The notes: generated by a model not told the origin, from the letters alone. DNA of 64,000 bases from Candidatus Saccharimonadia bacterium (GCA_046597065.1 JBKJLI010000002.1:180071-244070), one strand, 5' to 3'; positions 39,428 through 49,043 are shown, numbered from the stretch's first letter. Numbers and translations: made by a program.

Positions 39428-40089
39428 GAGCAGTATTCCTAGCCGGAGCTAGCTTTTATCTTTACCGACTGTTAGGTGGAGCTCCTCAACTACGGCTACG
39501 TCGCGTAGAGCAGGGCCAGGCGACATCGGCCAAGATAGATGAGCTAACTGAGTACGCTAGTCGCATGCGCGCAACCAAAAAGTATTCTACAACTGAAAAG
39601 GTATACCTCCAGATTTTAAAACTGGATCACCGACATGCCGCAACCTACAGCCGACTGGGTACTCTTTATTCCCTACAGAAAAATTATGGTGACGCAATTG
39701 AGTGCTTTCAACTTGCCACCCAACTGGCTCCGGCTGGTCCAACTTACTATAATTTGGGATTGGGTTTTTTTGAAAACGGCAATTTTATAAAGTCGATAGC
39801 GGCGTTCGAAAAATCAATCATGTTCGAGCCAACTGTGCAGCGCTACATAGGTTTAGCCAAAACCTACCAAAAAACCGGCGATAATCCCAAAATGATCAGT
39901 GCGTTAGAGCAAGCTAATCAGATAGAGATAACGCCTAGGGTGCTTTGGCTGCTAGCCGATGCCTATCATAGCGATGGGCGAGACGACGAAGCCGAGTCTT
40001 GCATTAAGCAGATTAGTAAAATTGACCCAACCAATGAACGATTGCGTCTGCTGAAACAACGTGCCAAAAATGGTGCCCGCACAGGTTGA
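39421..40089 (+). CDS. TPR-repeat protein with N-terminal membrane anchor
   Basis: Hydrophobic N-terminus, several 34-aa TPR-like repeats. Confidence 0.6.
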   Translation: MLGAVFLAGASFYLYRLLGGAPQLRLRRVEQGQATSAKIDELTEYASRMRATKKYSTTEKVYLQILKLDHRHAATYSRLGTLYSLQKNYGDAIECFQLATQLAPAGPTYYNLGLGFFENGNFIKSIAAFEKSIMFEPTVQRYIGLAKTYQKTGDNPKMISALEQANQIEITPRVLWLLADAYHSDGRDDEAESCIKQISKIDPTNERLRLLKQRAKNGARTG

Positions 40090-40168
40090 AAAAGGCTATA
40101 CTAGGTGGTATGCTACTGGGGTTGCCAAGCTAGGCAGTTGGACTCATTAGTAGCTAATCAAGCGTTAC

Positions 40169-40243
40169 GCCGACGTAGCTCAATGGTAGAGCAACAGTTT
40201 TGTAAACTGTAGGTTGCGGGTTCAATTCCTGTCGTCGGCTCCA
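40169..40243 (+). tRNA. tRNA-Thr (anticodon TGT)
   Basis: Cloverleaf: GCCGACG acceptor, anticodon loop TTTGTAA, CCA encoded. Confidence 0.85.
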
Positions 40244-40248
40244 TATAT

Positions 40249-40334
40249 GCCGGGTTACCCAAGCGGTCAACGGGGGCAGACTGTAAATCTGCTGGCAGTA
40301 GCCTTCGGGAGTTCAAATCTCTCACCCGGCACCA
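40249..40334 (+). tRNA. tRNA-Tyr (anticodon GTA), long variable arm
   Basis: Acceptor GCCGGGT/ACCCGGC, anticodon loop CTGTAAA. Confidence 0.85.
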
Positions 40335-40338
40335 TTAA

Positions 40339-40413
<75 letters not shown>

Positions 40414-40472
40414 TATGCTCAAGAAGCTATCATTATCAGTTAATTAACTATTTAAGAATTGAGAAACATGAC

Positions 40473-40634
40473 ATGGCTAAGAAAAACCGACCGGTGATCA
40501 CGTTGCGTTCTAAAGAGGACCCAACAACTGTTTACAGCACCACAAAAAACCCCAAAAACACTACCGATCGTTTGGTACTAAATAAGTACTCCAAGCAGCT
40601 TAAAAAGGTGGTAGAGTTTCGAGAAGAAAAGTAA
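40473..40634 (+). CDS. rpmG: 50S ribosomal protein L33 (Cys-less form), 53 aa; ORF-track 5' extension rejected
   Basis: MAKKNRPVITL..TTKNPKNT L33 signature. Confidence 0.85.
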   Translation: MAKKNRPVITLRSKEDPTTVYSTTKNPKNTTDRLVLNKYSKQLKKVVEFREEK

Positions 40635-40698
40635 CTCTCTAACCCGAGAGTTTGGTACAATGCTGGCAGGCCATTATATGGCGGCCTTCATTGCATAT

Positions 40699-40774
40699 AG
40701 GGGTGTAGCTCAGCTGGTAGAGCAACGGTCTCCAAAACCGTGTGTCGTGGGTTCAAGTCCTGCCACCCCTGCCA
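40699..40774 (+). tRNA. tRNA-Trp (anticodon CCA)
   Basis: Acceptor AGGGGTG/CACCCCT, anticodon loop CTCCAAA. Confidence 0.85.
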
Positions 40775-40797
40775 TTGCAATTATAAAACTTTGAGGG

Positions 40798-41202
40798 ATG
40801 GCTAATATGCTCGATAAGCCGAATGATTATTGGAAGCAAAAGCTCACGCCAGAGCAGTTCCATATAACACGAGAAAAAGGTACTGAACTGCCATTTAGTG
40901 GCTCCTTGCTTCAGAACAAAGATGATGGCATGTACGCTTGTGTTGCCTGCGGACAGGATTTGTTCAGCTCTGACACCAAGTTTGAATCTAGCACTGGCTG
41001 GCCTAGCTTTTATGATGCTGTAAGTAAGTCTAATGTTAAGTTTGAAGATGATTACTCGTTTGGTGGCCATCGGGTCGAGGTTATGTGTTCTAATTGTGGC
41101 GCTCATTTGGGGCACGTTTTTCCGGATGGCCCAAGCGATAAAACCGGTCAGCGTTACTGTATTAACTCGCTGGCATTAGACTTTAAGAAAAAGGGCAAGT
41201 GA
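40798..41202 (+). CDS. msrB: peptide-methionine (R)-S-oxide reductase MsrB
   Basis: Two CxxC pairs and SelR domain [10 protein letters not shown]. Confidence 0.9.
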   Translation: MANMLDKPNDYWKQKLTPEQFHITREKGTELPFSGSLLQNKDDGMYACVACGQDLFSSDTKFESSTGWPSFYDAVSKSNVKFEDDYSFGGHRVEVMCSNCGAHLGHVFPDGPSDKTGQRYCINSLALDFKKKGK

Positions 41203-41708
41203 TGGCTGGACAAACAAAAACTATGATTGTTGCGGGAGGCTGTTTTTGGGGCGTCGAGGCGGCTTTTAGGCAAATACCTGGGGTATTGAAAACCGCGGCT
41301 GGCTACACTGGAGGTTCTGTCGAAAATCCAACATATGAACAAGTTTGCCGTGATGATACCGGTCACGCCGAAGCGGTAAAGGTGGTGTTCGACCCTTCAA
41401 AAATAACTTACCAGAATTTATTAGGGCACTTTTGGCAGCTGCACGACCCCACCCAAATGAATCGCCAGGGGCCGGATGTTGGGCGGCAGTACCGCTCGGC
41501 CATCTTTTACTTGAGTGACGCCCAAAAGCAGGCGGCCGAAGCCTCTAAACAGGCGCTGGCCGATAGTGGCGTGTGGAATATGCCGATAGCAACCGAGATT
41601 GTGGCGGCGACCGAGTTTTACCCGGCCGAGGATTACCATCAACAGTATTTAGAAAAACGCGGCCAATCCACCTGCACGCCCGAACTAAAACTGCCCACCA
41701 AAGCGTAA
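41199..41708 (+). CDS. msrA: peptide-methionine (S)-S-oxide reductase MsrA
   Basis: GCFWG active site. Confidence 0.9.
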   Translation: MMAGQTKTMIVAGGCFWGVEAAFRQIPGVLKTAAGYTGGSVENPTYEQVCRDDTGHAEAVKVVFDPSKITYQNLLGHFWQLHDPTQMNRQGPDVGRQYRSAIFYLSDAQKQAAEASKQALADSGVWNMPIATEIVAATEFYPAEDYHQQYLEKRGQSTCTPELKLPTKA

Positions 41709-41751
41709 GCGTTTTATTGACTTTATTTAGTCTCCACCAGATAATATTGTA

Positions 41752-42336
41752 ATGAATCCATTTCGTTTACTAGACATGCCTCTTGAAGAAATTGTTGAGG
41801 GATGGACCGGTCACTATGAAACTAAGGGTCGGGTGGTTGATGCCGATTGCGTAATTGGGCCGTCGTTTGGTTATCGAGGAAAACCCGGCTATGGTCATGC
41901 CGAGCCTGGCTTGAGCAATCAGGATTTAGCGGCGGTGGCGGCAAAACATTATGGCAAACTGCCCAAAATTCTGCAGTTTGAGCTGGGAGAGGCCTATCAG
42001 GCTCACGGTAAACGACCAGGCGAAAAAGTCTTTATGATAAAGCGACATCGCAAGCGTGGTCGCTACTTAGACACTCGCGAGGTTTTAGAGCAAGCCAAGA
42101 TCATTATGGAACAAAACGGTTATAAGAAAGCACTGCTGCTCGCCCATCCCAACCATATGCCCCGGGTGCAAATGTGCTGTGACCGTCTAGGTATTGAATG
42201 GATTGCTACATCGGATATGCGTGGTGCGATCGAGTTTGACCCGCTATCGACCCAAAAATGGACGCGATCAATTGATGATTGGCGTGGCTATGAGCCACTA
42301 GCCCTGGCTTTTTATAGGATGAAGGGCTTCGCTTGA
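41752..42336 (+). CDS. YdcF/DUF218 family protein
   Basis: HMPR motif and Gly-rich N-terminal region typical of DUF218. Confidence 0.5.
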   Translation: MNPFRLLDMPLEEIVEGWTGHYETKGRVVDADCVIGPSFGYRGKPGYGHAEPGLSNQDLAAVAAKHYGKLPKILQFELGEAYQAHGKRPGEKVFMIKRHRKRGRYLDTREVLEQAKIIMEQNGYKKALLLAHPNHMPRVQMCCDRLGIEWIATSDMRGAIEFDPLSTQKWTRSIDDWRGYEPLALAFYRMKGFA

Positions 42337-43511
42337 AACACGTCGTGGTGGTGGGCGGCGGATTTGCCGGAGTAAAGTTAGCCCGCGAACTACAACATGA
42401 TCATCGTTTTTTAGTCACCCTCATCAGTTCTAACCATTACTTTGAGTACCACGCCGCTCTTTATCGATCTGCAACTGGACGCTCGCACCTAGAAGTAGCC
42501 GTACCGCTTGAAGAAATATTTGCTGGAACCAATGTTGATGTGGTGCGTGACGATGTCATTAAAATAGATGCTCATAAGCGAATTGTATCTACCAAGGGTA
42601 AGCTCGCTTACCGTTATGATGAGCTAGTTATCGGAACAGGTGTAACCACTTCGTTTTTTGGGATAAAAGGTTTGCCTCAGTACTCATATGGAATGAAAAG
42701 TATGGTGGAAGCCGAAAAGCTAAAAGCACACCTGCACTCTGAGCTAACCAGTGGCCATAAGCCCGATCTTAACTATGTTGTGGTGGGTGCTGGGCCAAGT
42801 GGTGTGGAACTAGCCGCAGAAATGGTTAGTTATTTATCTCGATTACGCAAAAAGCATGGTATCAAAAAACAGTTTCACGTTGACTTGGTCGAGGCGGCAC
42901 CGCGGATACTGCCAAACATGTCGGAGGCTTTTGCCGAAACTGTAATGCACCGCTTACAGAGTTTAGGTGTGTACGTTTATACCGACACAATGGTAAAAGC
43001 CGAAACCGCCGACAAACTAATATTGCCTCATGGCAGCATCGATACCCACACGGTAGTTTGGACGGCTGGTATGACTAACAGTCCGCTGCCAGTTAACAAT
43101 CCAAAGCTATTTAAGCTTGGCAAAGGAGCTCGAGTAGAAGTGGGGCCTAAGCTAGAAGCTGCCGAGCATATTTGGGTTGCCGGCGACAGCGCTGATACCA
43201 AATACACCGGTTGGGCTCAAACCGCTTGCTACGATGGTTGGTATTTAGCGGAAAATTTTCGACGAGAGCATGATGGGGATCGGCCACTAAAATACGCTCC
43301 TAAAAAGCCAATTGGCGCAATTCCGGTTGGCCCTCACTGGTGTGCCGTGCCATTAGCCGGCTTAACATTAACCGGATACTTAGGCTGGATAGTCCGTCGA
43401 TACGTTGATTTAAAGCTGATGTTAAGTGTGTTGCCAGCTGGTATGGCTTGGCGAGTTTGGGGTATGGGACGCATAGCTGAAGAAAGCTGCCAGATCTGTC
43501 GATCGGCTTGA
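42333..43511 (+). CDS. ndh: type II NADH:quinone oxidoreductase (NDH-2)
   Basis: Two dinucleotide-binding GxGxxG motifs (VVVGGGFAG, VVVGAGPSG). Confidence 0.8.
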   Translation: MKHVVVVGGGFAGVKLARELQHDHRFLVTLISSNHYFEYHAALYRSATGRSHLEVAVPLEEIFAGTNVDVVRDDVIKIDAHKRIVSTKGKLAYRYDELVIGTGVTTSFFGIKGLPQYSYGMKSMVEAEKLKAHLHSELTSGHKPDLNYVVVGAGPSGVELAAEMVSYLSRLRKKHGIKKQFHVDLVEAAPRILPNMSEAFAETVMHRLQSLGVYVYTDTMVKAETADKLILPHGSIDTHTVVWTAGMTNSPLPVNNPKLFKLGKGARVEVGPKLEAAEHIWVAGDSADTKYTGWAQTACYDGWYLAENFRREHDGDRPLKYAPKKPIGAIPVGPHWCAVPLAGLTLTGYLGWIVRRYVDLKLMLSVLPAGMAWRVWGMGRIAEESCQICRSA

Positions 43512-43544
43512 GCCTATGCGCCAACCTGCTATGCTAGATAAAGT

Positions 43545-44936
43545 ATGAAATCTGCCCACACTCTTATTGTAGATACACTTAAACACCTCGACGAACCGGT
43601 TGTGGTGCGGGGTTGGTTGCACAGCCTACGCGATATGGGCCAGATCGTTTTCATTGAACTACGCGATCAAACCGGAAATTTACAGATCGTAGTTGACGAT
43701 CCATCAACGCTGCCAAAGCTCAGCGTCGAGTCGGTACTAGAGATTCATGGTGTTGTGCGCCAGCGAGGGGAGCGCTATGTTAATAAAAATATTGTGACTG
43801 GAACAATTGAGCTTGGTGCCCAAAAAGTAAAGGTTCTAAACGTTAGCGCTGAGCTACCATTTGAAGTTAAAAAGGATTCCGCCGAAGTTAACGAAGAGTT
43901 GCGCCTAAAGTACCGTTATTTAGACTTACGCACAAGCCGAATGGCTACAAATTTAAAACTACGCCACAGAGTTAATCGAGCGCTAAGGGCATTTTTAGAT
44001 GATAAAGGTTTTACTGAAATTGAAACGCCAATGCTTACAAAGGGCACGCCCGAAGGTGCCCGAGAATTTTTGGTACCATCGCGATTACACCCAGAACAGT
44101 TTTATGTACTTCCGCAATCGCCTCAGCAATTCAAGCAGCTGCTAATGGTCGGTGGTATTGGTCGCTATTATCAGATTGCAAGGTGTTTGCGTGACGAAGA
44201 CCAACGTGGTGATCGACAGCCAGAGTTTACCCAGCTAGATATTGAAATGTCATTTATGAATCAGGATGAGCTTTTGGCTCTAATTGAAGAATTAGTGGCC
44301 GATTTAATTGAAGCTGTTCGACCCGGCGCCAAAGTAGCAACTCCCTTCAGTCGGCTAACTTATGCCGAGGCTATAGCAAAGCACCAAACAGATAAACCGG
44401 ATCTTCGTAAAGATAAAGATGATCTCAATGAACTGGCCTTTTGCTGGATTACCGAGTTCCCGATGTTCGAGATTAATAATGAGACTAGCAAAGTAGATGC
44501 GGTACATCATCCATTTACGGCACCAATGGAGGAGGATTTAGCGAAGTTAAAAAATGATCCATCTAAAGTGCGCGCTGCTGCATACGATTTAGTACTTAAT
44601 GGCTACGAAATCGCCGGAGGCTCTCTCAGGATTTTCCAATCTGATTTACAGGAACAAGTTTTTGAGCTACTTGGCTTAACTAAGCATGAGATTGAGCAAA
44701 GATTTGGGCATATGCTAGAGGCATTTAAGTATGGCGCCCCGCCTCATGGCGGTATCGCTTTTGGGCTTGATCGTTTACTGATGATTTTAGCTGGCGAACC
44801 AAACATCCGCGAAATTATTGCATTTCCCAAAACCGGTGACGGCCGCGATCCTCTTACTGGCGCCCCAACAACTGTTAGCGAAAATGCCCTAGCTGAAGCT
44901 CACATCAAAACTGTTCCACCAAAACGGGCCAAATAA
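43545..44936 (+). CDS. aspS: aspartate--tRNA ligase, bacterial-type core lacking the GAD insertion domain (463 aa)
   Basis: QSPQQFKQLLMVGG..RYYQIARCLRDED..RQPEFTQLD; DKPDLR followed almost directly by FPMFE. Confidence 0.85.
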   Translation: MKSAHTLIVDTLKHLDEPVVVRGWLHSLRDMGQIVFIELRDQTGNLQIVVDDPSTLPKLSVESVLEIHGVVRQRGERYVNKNIVTGTIELGAQKVKVLNVSAELPFEVKKDSAEVNEELRLKYRYLDLRTSRMATNLKLRHRVNRALRAFLDDKGFTEIETPMLTKGTPEGAREFLVPSRLHPEQFYVLPQSPQQFKQLLMVGGIGRYYQIARCLRDEDQRGDRQPEFTQLDIEMSFMNQDELLALIEELVADLIEAVRPGAKVATPFSRLTYAEAIAKHQTDKPDLRKDKDDLNELAFCWITEFPMFEINNETSKVDAVHHPFTAPMEEDLAKLKNDPSKVRAAAYDLVLNGYEIAGGSLRIFQSDLQEQVFELLGLTKHEIEQRFGHMLEAFKYGAPPHGGIAFGLDRLLMILAGEPNIREIIAFPKTGDGRDPLTGAPTTVSENALAEAHIKTVPPKRAK

Positions 44937-45451
44937 TGCGGCGAGTTTTGCTAATTGTTAGCTTGTTACTATTACCAAGTTTATCCTTAGCTGATGATGC
45001 ATCGGTGCTGGGGCCGCAAACCAGCGGGAGTTCTACGGGAGTTTCTGGCACAGGCGCAGGCAATAGTTTACAACCTAACGGCAATAGCAGCCTTCAGAAC
45101 GGAGGGTCAGGCAGTAGCTTAGGGGGTAGTCAGCCCGATGCCCAATCGGTTTTGCAAAGGCCGGCAACAAGTGATGAAGCCAAACTATTTATTCAAGGTC
45201 AGGCTGATGGCGGTGGCGCAACCAAGGACCCCGAATCGCCCTGGTATTTAAACGTTTTAGGTTTGATGCTGGCTGTAGCTGCACTTGGCCTTGGGTTATG
45301 GCTTTGGCAGCGTCGCCAAATAACGGCCTCAAGCACTTCTTTTGTTCCATTAAATTCACAATCTGCAAACATACAATCCGCGTCAGAGGCTGAAACCAAA
45401 CCATCACCAAAGCTAAAAAAACGCCCTAAAAAACGCGGCAAAAGACGCTAA
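44936..45451 (+). CDS. secreted/anchored Gly-Ser-rich low-complexity protein (signal peptide, C-proximal TM, polybasic tail)
   Basis: N-terminal hydrophobic signal, GS-rich region, TM helix, KKRPKKRGKRR tail. Confidence 0.5.
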   Translation: MRRVLLIVSLLLLPSLSLADDASVLGPQTSGSSTGVSGTGAGNSLQPNGNSSLQNGGSGSSLGGSQPDAQSVLQRPATSDEAKLFIQGQADGGGATKDPESPWYLNVLGLMLAVAALGLGLWLWQRRQITASSTSFVPLNSQSANIQSASEAETKPSPKLKKRPKKRGKRR

Positions 45452-45508
45452 CATCTTCCAACGACTCATCTGCTAGCGCTTATGCTTATTTAGTGGTTAA
45501 ATAAGGTT

Positions 45509-46657
45509 ATGGCTATTATCTGTCAAAACTGTGGCTCAAGCGATGTAGTCTCGATACAGGGACAGGAATTTTGTATCAATTGCGGCTCAATTGTAATAGT
45601 TCCTACGAATTCTGTTACTGAGCCATCTAAAGCCGTTCCGGAACCTGTGCCAGAGCCGGATGTTTCATCTGCCATACCAGTAGTAGTTAAAAGTGAAGTT
45701 GTCACCCCTATAGAACCCAATCATCAGCCAAATTATATAAAAGAGCCGCCTCCTACTTCTAAAGCAGTGGCCGACGATGCTCCTAAATATCATCAACGCT
45801 CACATTCTCATCATGAGCAGCATCGCCCCACCATTTTGCACCAAGCCAAGGCTCACCCCCTTAGTTATGGTTTAAGGGTGGCTGCTACAGTTGGCCTGCC
45901 GGTATCCTTGGCTATTAGTGCCGGGCTATGGTTTAATCTTGATCGCGATATCATGGTTTATTTATTACTAGGCAGCCTTTTGTTTGTTGGGGTTATGTTG
46001 GTGCTGGCTCAAAGCGCCCTGCTTTACGGCCTGTCGCGAGCCCAAGATGGTCGCCCGGTTGGCCGAAAGCAGTGGTGGGCGGTAGCTCGAGGAGGGTTTA
46101 TAGAGATATTAAATGCTGATCTGCTAACGCTCATCACTCAGGTTATTGCAGTAGCAAGTGCTTTTAGCTTGTGGCAAACATTTTTAAGAGTTCATAATGG
46201 CACAAATAATATCGACATTGCCATGCTAGTACTTGGTAACGTGCTGTTAGCTTGGATGCTCCTGGGCACTTTGGCGGCTCGTCGGATTGCGATTCCAGCA
46301 ATAATTATTGGCAATCTTAGTGGGGTAGCGGCAGTTAAGCTGGGTTGGCGTTGCTATATGCGGGCAGGAGGCCACTTAATCATGGCTCTGGCTGAAACTT
46401 GGATAGCCAGGCTTGCTTTGATTTTGGCTTTGCTAACTTTAATTCTGACAGCTGGCCATTATGCTCCTGTACTAAACGAACCAATGGTAGTTCTTGCGGC
46501 TGGAGTGGCTCTATTTGTTTCACTGTTTGCCTTGTTTATCTTAATGCTGCAGATAGAGACTAAAGTATGGCTGAAGCAGTATCGCCAATGGGTCAACACT
46601 TTTTTAGCAGCTCAAAGGATCAAGCTGTTATCCGGTCGCAATAAAAAAACCGCTTAA
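45509..46657 (+). CDS. membrane protein with N-terminal zinc ribbon (CQNCG..CINCG), Pro/His-rich linker and >=6 TM helices
   Basis: Direct reading of motifs and hydrophobic segments. Confidence 0.5.
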   Translation: MAIICQNCGSSDVVSIQGQEFCINCGSIVIVPTNSVTEPSKAVPEPVPEPDVSSAIPVVVKSEVVTPIEPNHQPNYIKEPPPTSKAVADDAPKYHQRSHSHHEQHRPTILHQAKAHPLSYGLRVAATVGLPVSLAISAGLWFNLDRDIMVYLLLGSLLFVGVMLVLAQSALLYGLSRAQDGRPVGRKQWWAVARGGFIEILNADLLTLITQVIAVASAFSLWQTFLRVHNGTNNIDIAMLVLGNVLLAWMLLGTLAARRIAIPAIIIGNLSGVAAVKLGWRCYMRAGGHLIMALAETWIARLALILALLTLILTAGHYAPVLNEPMVVLAAGVALFVSLFALFILMLQIETKVWLKQYRQWVNTFLAAQRIKLLSGRNKKTA

Positions 46658-46660
46658 ACG

Positions 46661-46690
46661 TTGACATCAACCTGAAAATAAGGGTAGAAT
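46661..46690 (+). promoter_or_regulatory. sigma70-like promoter (TTGACA-18-TAGAAT) upstream of secE; second TTGACATCAA copy at 46690-46699
   Basis: Consensus -35; direct 10-nt repeat 29 nt apart. Confidence 0.4.
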
Positions 46691-46697
46691 TGACATC

Positions 46698-46716
46698 AAA
46701 GCCGCAGGGCTTTTTA
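46698..46716 (+). terminator. hairpin AAAGCC-GCAG-GGCTTT followed by TTTTT (terminator of upstream gene and/or 5' hairpin of secE transcript)
   Basis: 6-bp stem, tetraloop, U-tract. Confidence 0.4.
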
Positions 46717-46745
46717 AAATTGCCAAAAATGGTGAAGGGCACATT

Positions 46746-46934
46746 ATGGATCGATTATTAACCTATTTGCGTAACTCACGCACTGAGCTAGCTAAGGTAG
46801 TCTGGCCCAGCCGGCAGCAAGCGGTCCGCCTGAGCATCAACATTGTTATTTTTGTAATATTCATCGCCCTGTTCATTGGTGCAGTCGACTTCTTGCTGAC
46901 GCAGCTGGTACAAAAAGTAATTCTTAAAGGATAA
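46746..46934 (+). CDS. secE: preprotein translocase subunit SecE
   Basis: ELAKVVWPSRQQ motif and single C-terminal TM; precedes nusG. Confidence 0.85.
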   Translation: MDRLLTYLRNSRTELAKVVWPSRQQAVRLSINIVIFVIFIALFIGAVDFLLTQLVQKVILKG

Positions 46935-46937
46935 ATA

Positions 46938-47477
46938 ATGTCAGAATCAACCTCAATTAAGAACTGGTATGTCATCCACACCTACTCGGGTTACGAAGAT
47001 CGTGTGGCTGATAATTTACGCCAGCGAACCGAGACAATGGATATGCAGGATAAAATATTCGATGTTATCGTTCCTAAAGAGAACCAGATTGAGATCAAGA
47101 ATGGGCGTCGTCGGATTGTAGAACGCCGGATTTTTCCTGGCTACGTACTGGTCCAAATGGATGTGACAGATGATTCTTGGTATGTGGTACGTAATACCCC
47201 TAACGTTACCGGTTTTGTTGGTAGTGGCACCACCCCAACACCGATTGATCCGGACGAAGTCCGTCATATCCAAAAGCGTATGGGCGTTGAGGAACCTAAG
47301 TACAAGATTGATTTCAGTCTAGGTGAAACTGTTAACATCACCGACGGTCCATTTAAGGGCTTTGACGGCTCGGTTAATGAGATTGATGAGAGCAAGGGCA
47401 AGATTAAAGTATTGGTCAACATGTTTGGCCGCGAAACACCGGTTGAGCTTGATAGCCTCCAAGTAAAGAAGATTTAG
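46938..47477 (+). CDS. nusG: transcription termination/antitermination factor NusG
   Basis: NGN and KOW domains. Confidence 0.93.
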   Translation: MSESTSIKNWYVIHTYSGYEDRVADNLRQRTETMDMQDKIFDVIVPKENQIEIKNGRRRIVERRIFPGYVLVQMDVTDDSWYVVRNTPNVTGFVGSGTTPTPIDPDEVRHIQKRMGVEEPKYKIDFSLGETVNITDGPFKGFDGSVNEIDESKGKIKVLVNMFGRETPVELDSLQVKKI

Positions 47478-47485
47478 GAAATATT

Positions 47486-47914
47486 ATGGCAGCACCCAAA
47501 GCAATCAAAGCAAACGTAAAATTTCGGCTCCAAGCTGGAAAGGCCACGCCGGCACCTCCGGTTGGATCAATCTTAGGCGCTCAAGGCGTTAACATGATGG
47601 AGTTTGTGAACTCTTTTAATGAGCAGACCAAAGAACTAGGCGACGTACAGCTAGCTGTAAAAGTTACTATTTTTGAGGACCGCAGTTTCGAGTTTGTAAC
47701 CAAGGGTGAACCGACTGCAAGCCTAATCCGTAAGGCTGCCGGCATTCAAAAGGGGGCAGGCAACTCTCTTAAAGATAAGGTCGCTAGCCTTACTAAGGCA
47801 CAAGTAGCTGAGATTGCCGAAGCCAAATTTAAGGATCTAAATGCTAACGATCCAGAGGCCGCTCAAAAAATTGTGGCCGGTACCGCTCGTAGTATGGGCG
47901 TAACTGTAGAATAA
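47486..47914 (+). CDS. rplK: 50S ribosomal protein L11
   Basis: L11 family. Confidence 0.95.
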   Translation: MAAPKAIKANVKFRLQAGKATPAPPVGSILGAQGVNMMEFVNSFNEQTKELGDVQLAVKVTIFEDRSFEFVTKGEPTASLIRKAAGIQKGAGNSLKDKVASLTKAQVAEIAEAKFKDLNANDPEAAQKIVAGTARSMGVTVE

Positions 47915-47975
47915 AGCACCGATAGTAAATTAATGTGGGAGGCTAAAAGCCGCACGCACCACAGGAGAAATCACC

Positions 47976-48971
47976 ATGACCAAGAAAACCGATAAACCAG
48001 AAGTAACAGAAGTTGAAACCAAAGTAGACACTGATATAGAGTCGGTAGAAGAAATTATAGAAGAAGTAGCCGAGGAGTTAGAGCCCGACGAAGACGCGGT
48101 TGAGGATGCCACCGGCGTTGAGCCCGTTGCTACTAAGGCCGGAAAACGTAGCGCCAAAGCCGTTCGCGAAGCCGATGCCGAGCTTGAGCGTAAACAGAAA
48201 GCCACATCAACCGATAAAGATGAGCCAAAACCTCGGGTTTTACACGTTCCTAACCCTAAAAAGCGTCACGGTAAAAACTACCTAGCGGCCCTAGAATTAG
48301 TTGATCGTGAAAAACTTTATGAGCTTGATGAAGCAATTAGCTTAGTTAAACAAACGGCTAAGGTGAAATTTGATCCTTCGGTGGAACTGCACGTTAACTT
48401 AGGCGTTGACCCTAGGCAGGCTGATCAGATGGTGCGGGCTAGCGTTGTATTGCCTGCCGGTACTGGCAAAAACTTGCGTATCGCCGTGCTTGCCCCAACC
48501 GAAAAGCACGCTGAGGCGAAAAAAGCTGGAGCCGCCATTGTCAGTGATGGTGATTTAGTCGAAACTATTGCCAAGGGCCAAATCGATTTTGATATCTTGA
48601 TCGCTACACCTGAAATGATGGCTGGCTTGAGTAAGGCCGCTAAGGTTCTGGGGCCGCGCGGCTTGATGCCCAACCCCAAAAGCGGTACCGTAACCGCAAA
48701 TGTGGCTGACGCGGTTGAACAAGCAAAGGCCGGAAAAGTTGAGTTTCGAATCGACAAGCAGGCGATTGTTCACTTAGCGATTGGCAAAGCCAGTTTTACT
48801 ACGGCTCAGTTAACCGACAATTCCAAGGCAGCAATTAGTGCGATCATGCGTGCTAAACCCTCCTTTACCAAAGGCACCTATGTAAATGCTATTTCACTTA
48901 CTACCTCGATGGGGCCCGGGATAAAACTAGACGTTACAATGGCCATTGCCGCCGTTAATTCTAAAAAGTAG
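47976..48971 (+). CDS. rplA: 50S ribosomal protein L1 with ~95-aa acidic/Lys-rich N-terminal extension (331 aa)
   Basis: L1 core begins near residue 98 (GKNYLAALELVD..); AGGAGA SD before ATG at 47976. Confidence 0.85.
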   Translation: MTKKTDKPEVTEVETKVDTDIESVEEIIEEVAEELEPDEDAVEDATGVEPVATKAGKRSAKAVREADAELERKQKATSTDKDEPKPRVLHVPNPKKRHGKNYLAALELVDREKLYELDEAISLVKQTAKVKFDPSVELHVNLGVDPRQADQMVRASVVLPAGTGKNLRIAVLAPTEKHAEAKKAGAAIVSDGDLVETIAKGQIDFDILIATPEMMAGLSKAAKVLGPRGLMPNPKSGTVTANVADAVEQAKAGKVEFRIDKQAIVHLAIGKASFTTAQLTDNSKAAISAIMRAKPSFTKGTYVNAISLTTSMGPGIKLDVTMAIAAVNSKK

Positions 48972-49008
48972 TTACTCAATATATTACTATCCCGAGTCAG
49001 CTAATTGG

Positions 49009-49037
49009 TTGACTCGGAAGCAATTTTCAGGTAAGAT
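49009..49037 (+). promoter_or_regulatory. sigma70-like promoter (TTGACT-17-TAAGAT) for rplJL, overlapping hairpin CCGAGTCA..TGACTCGG (48992-49017)
   Basis: Hexamers and spacing. Confidence 0.4.
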
Positions 49038-49043
49038 CGATCT

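Noticed and set aside
40635-40698. Palindrome GCCATTATATGGC and weak hairpin CTCTC..GAGAG between rpmG and tRNA-Trp
   Set aside because: Short, AT-rich, compatible with an ordinary weak terminator/promoter. Not distinctive enough to call.
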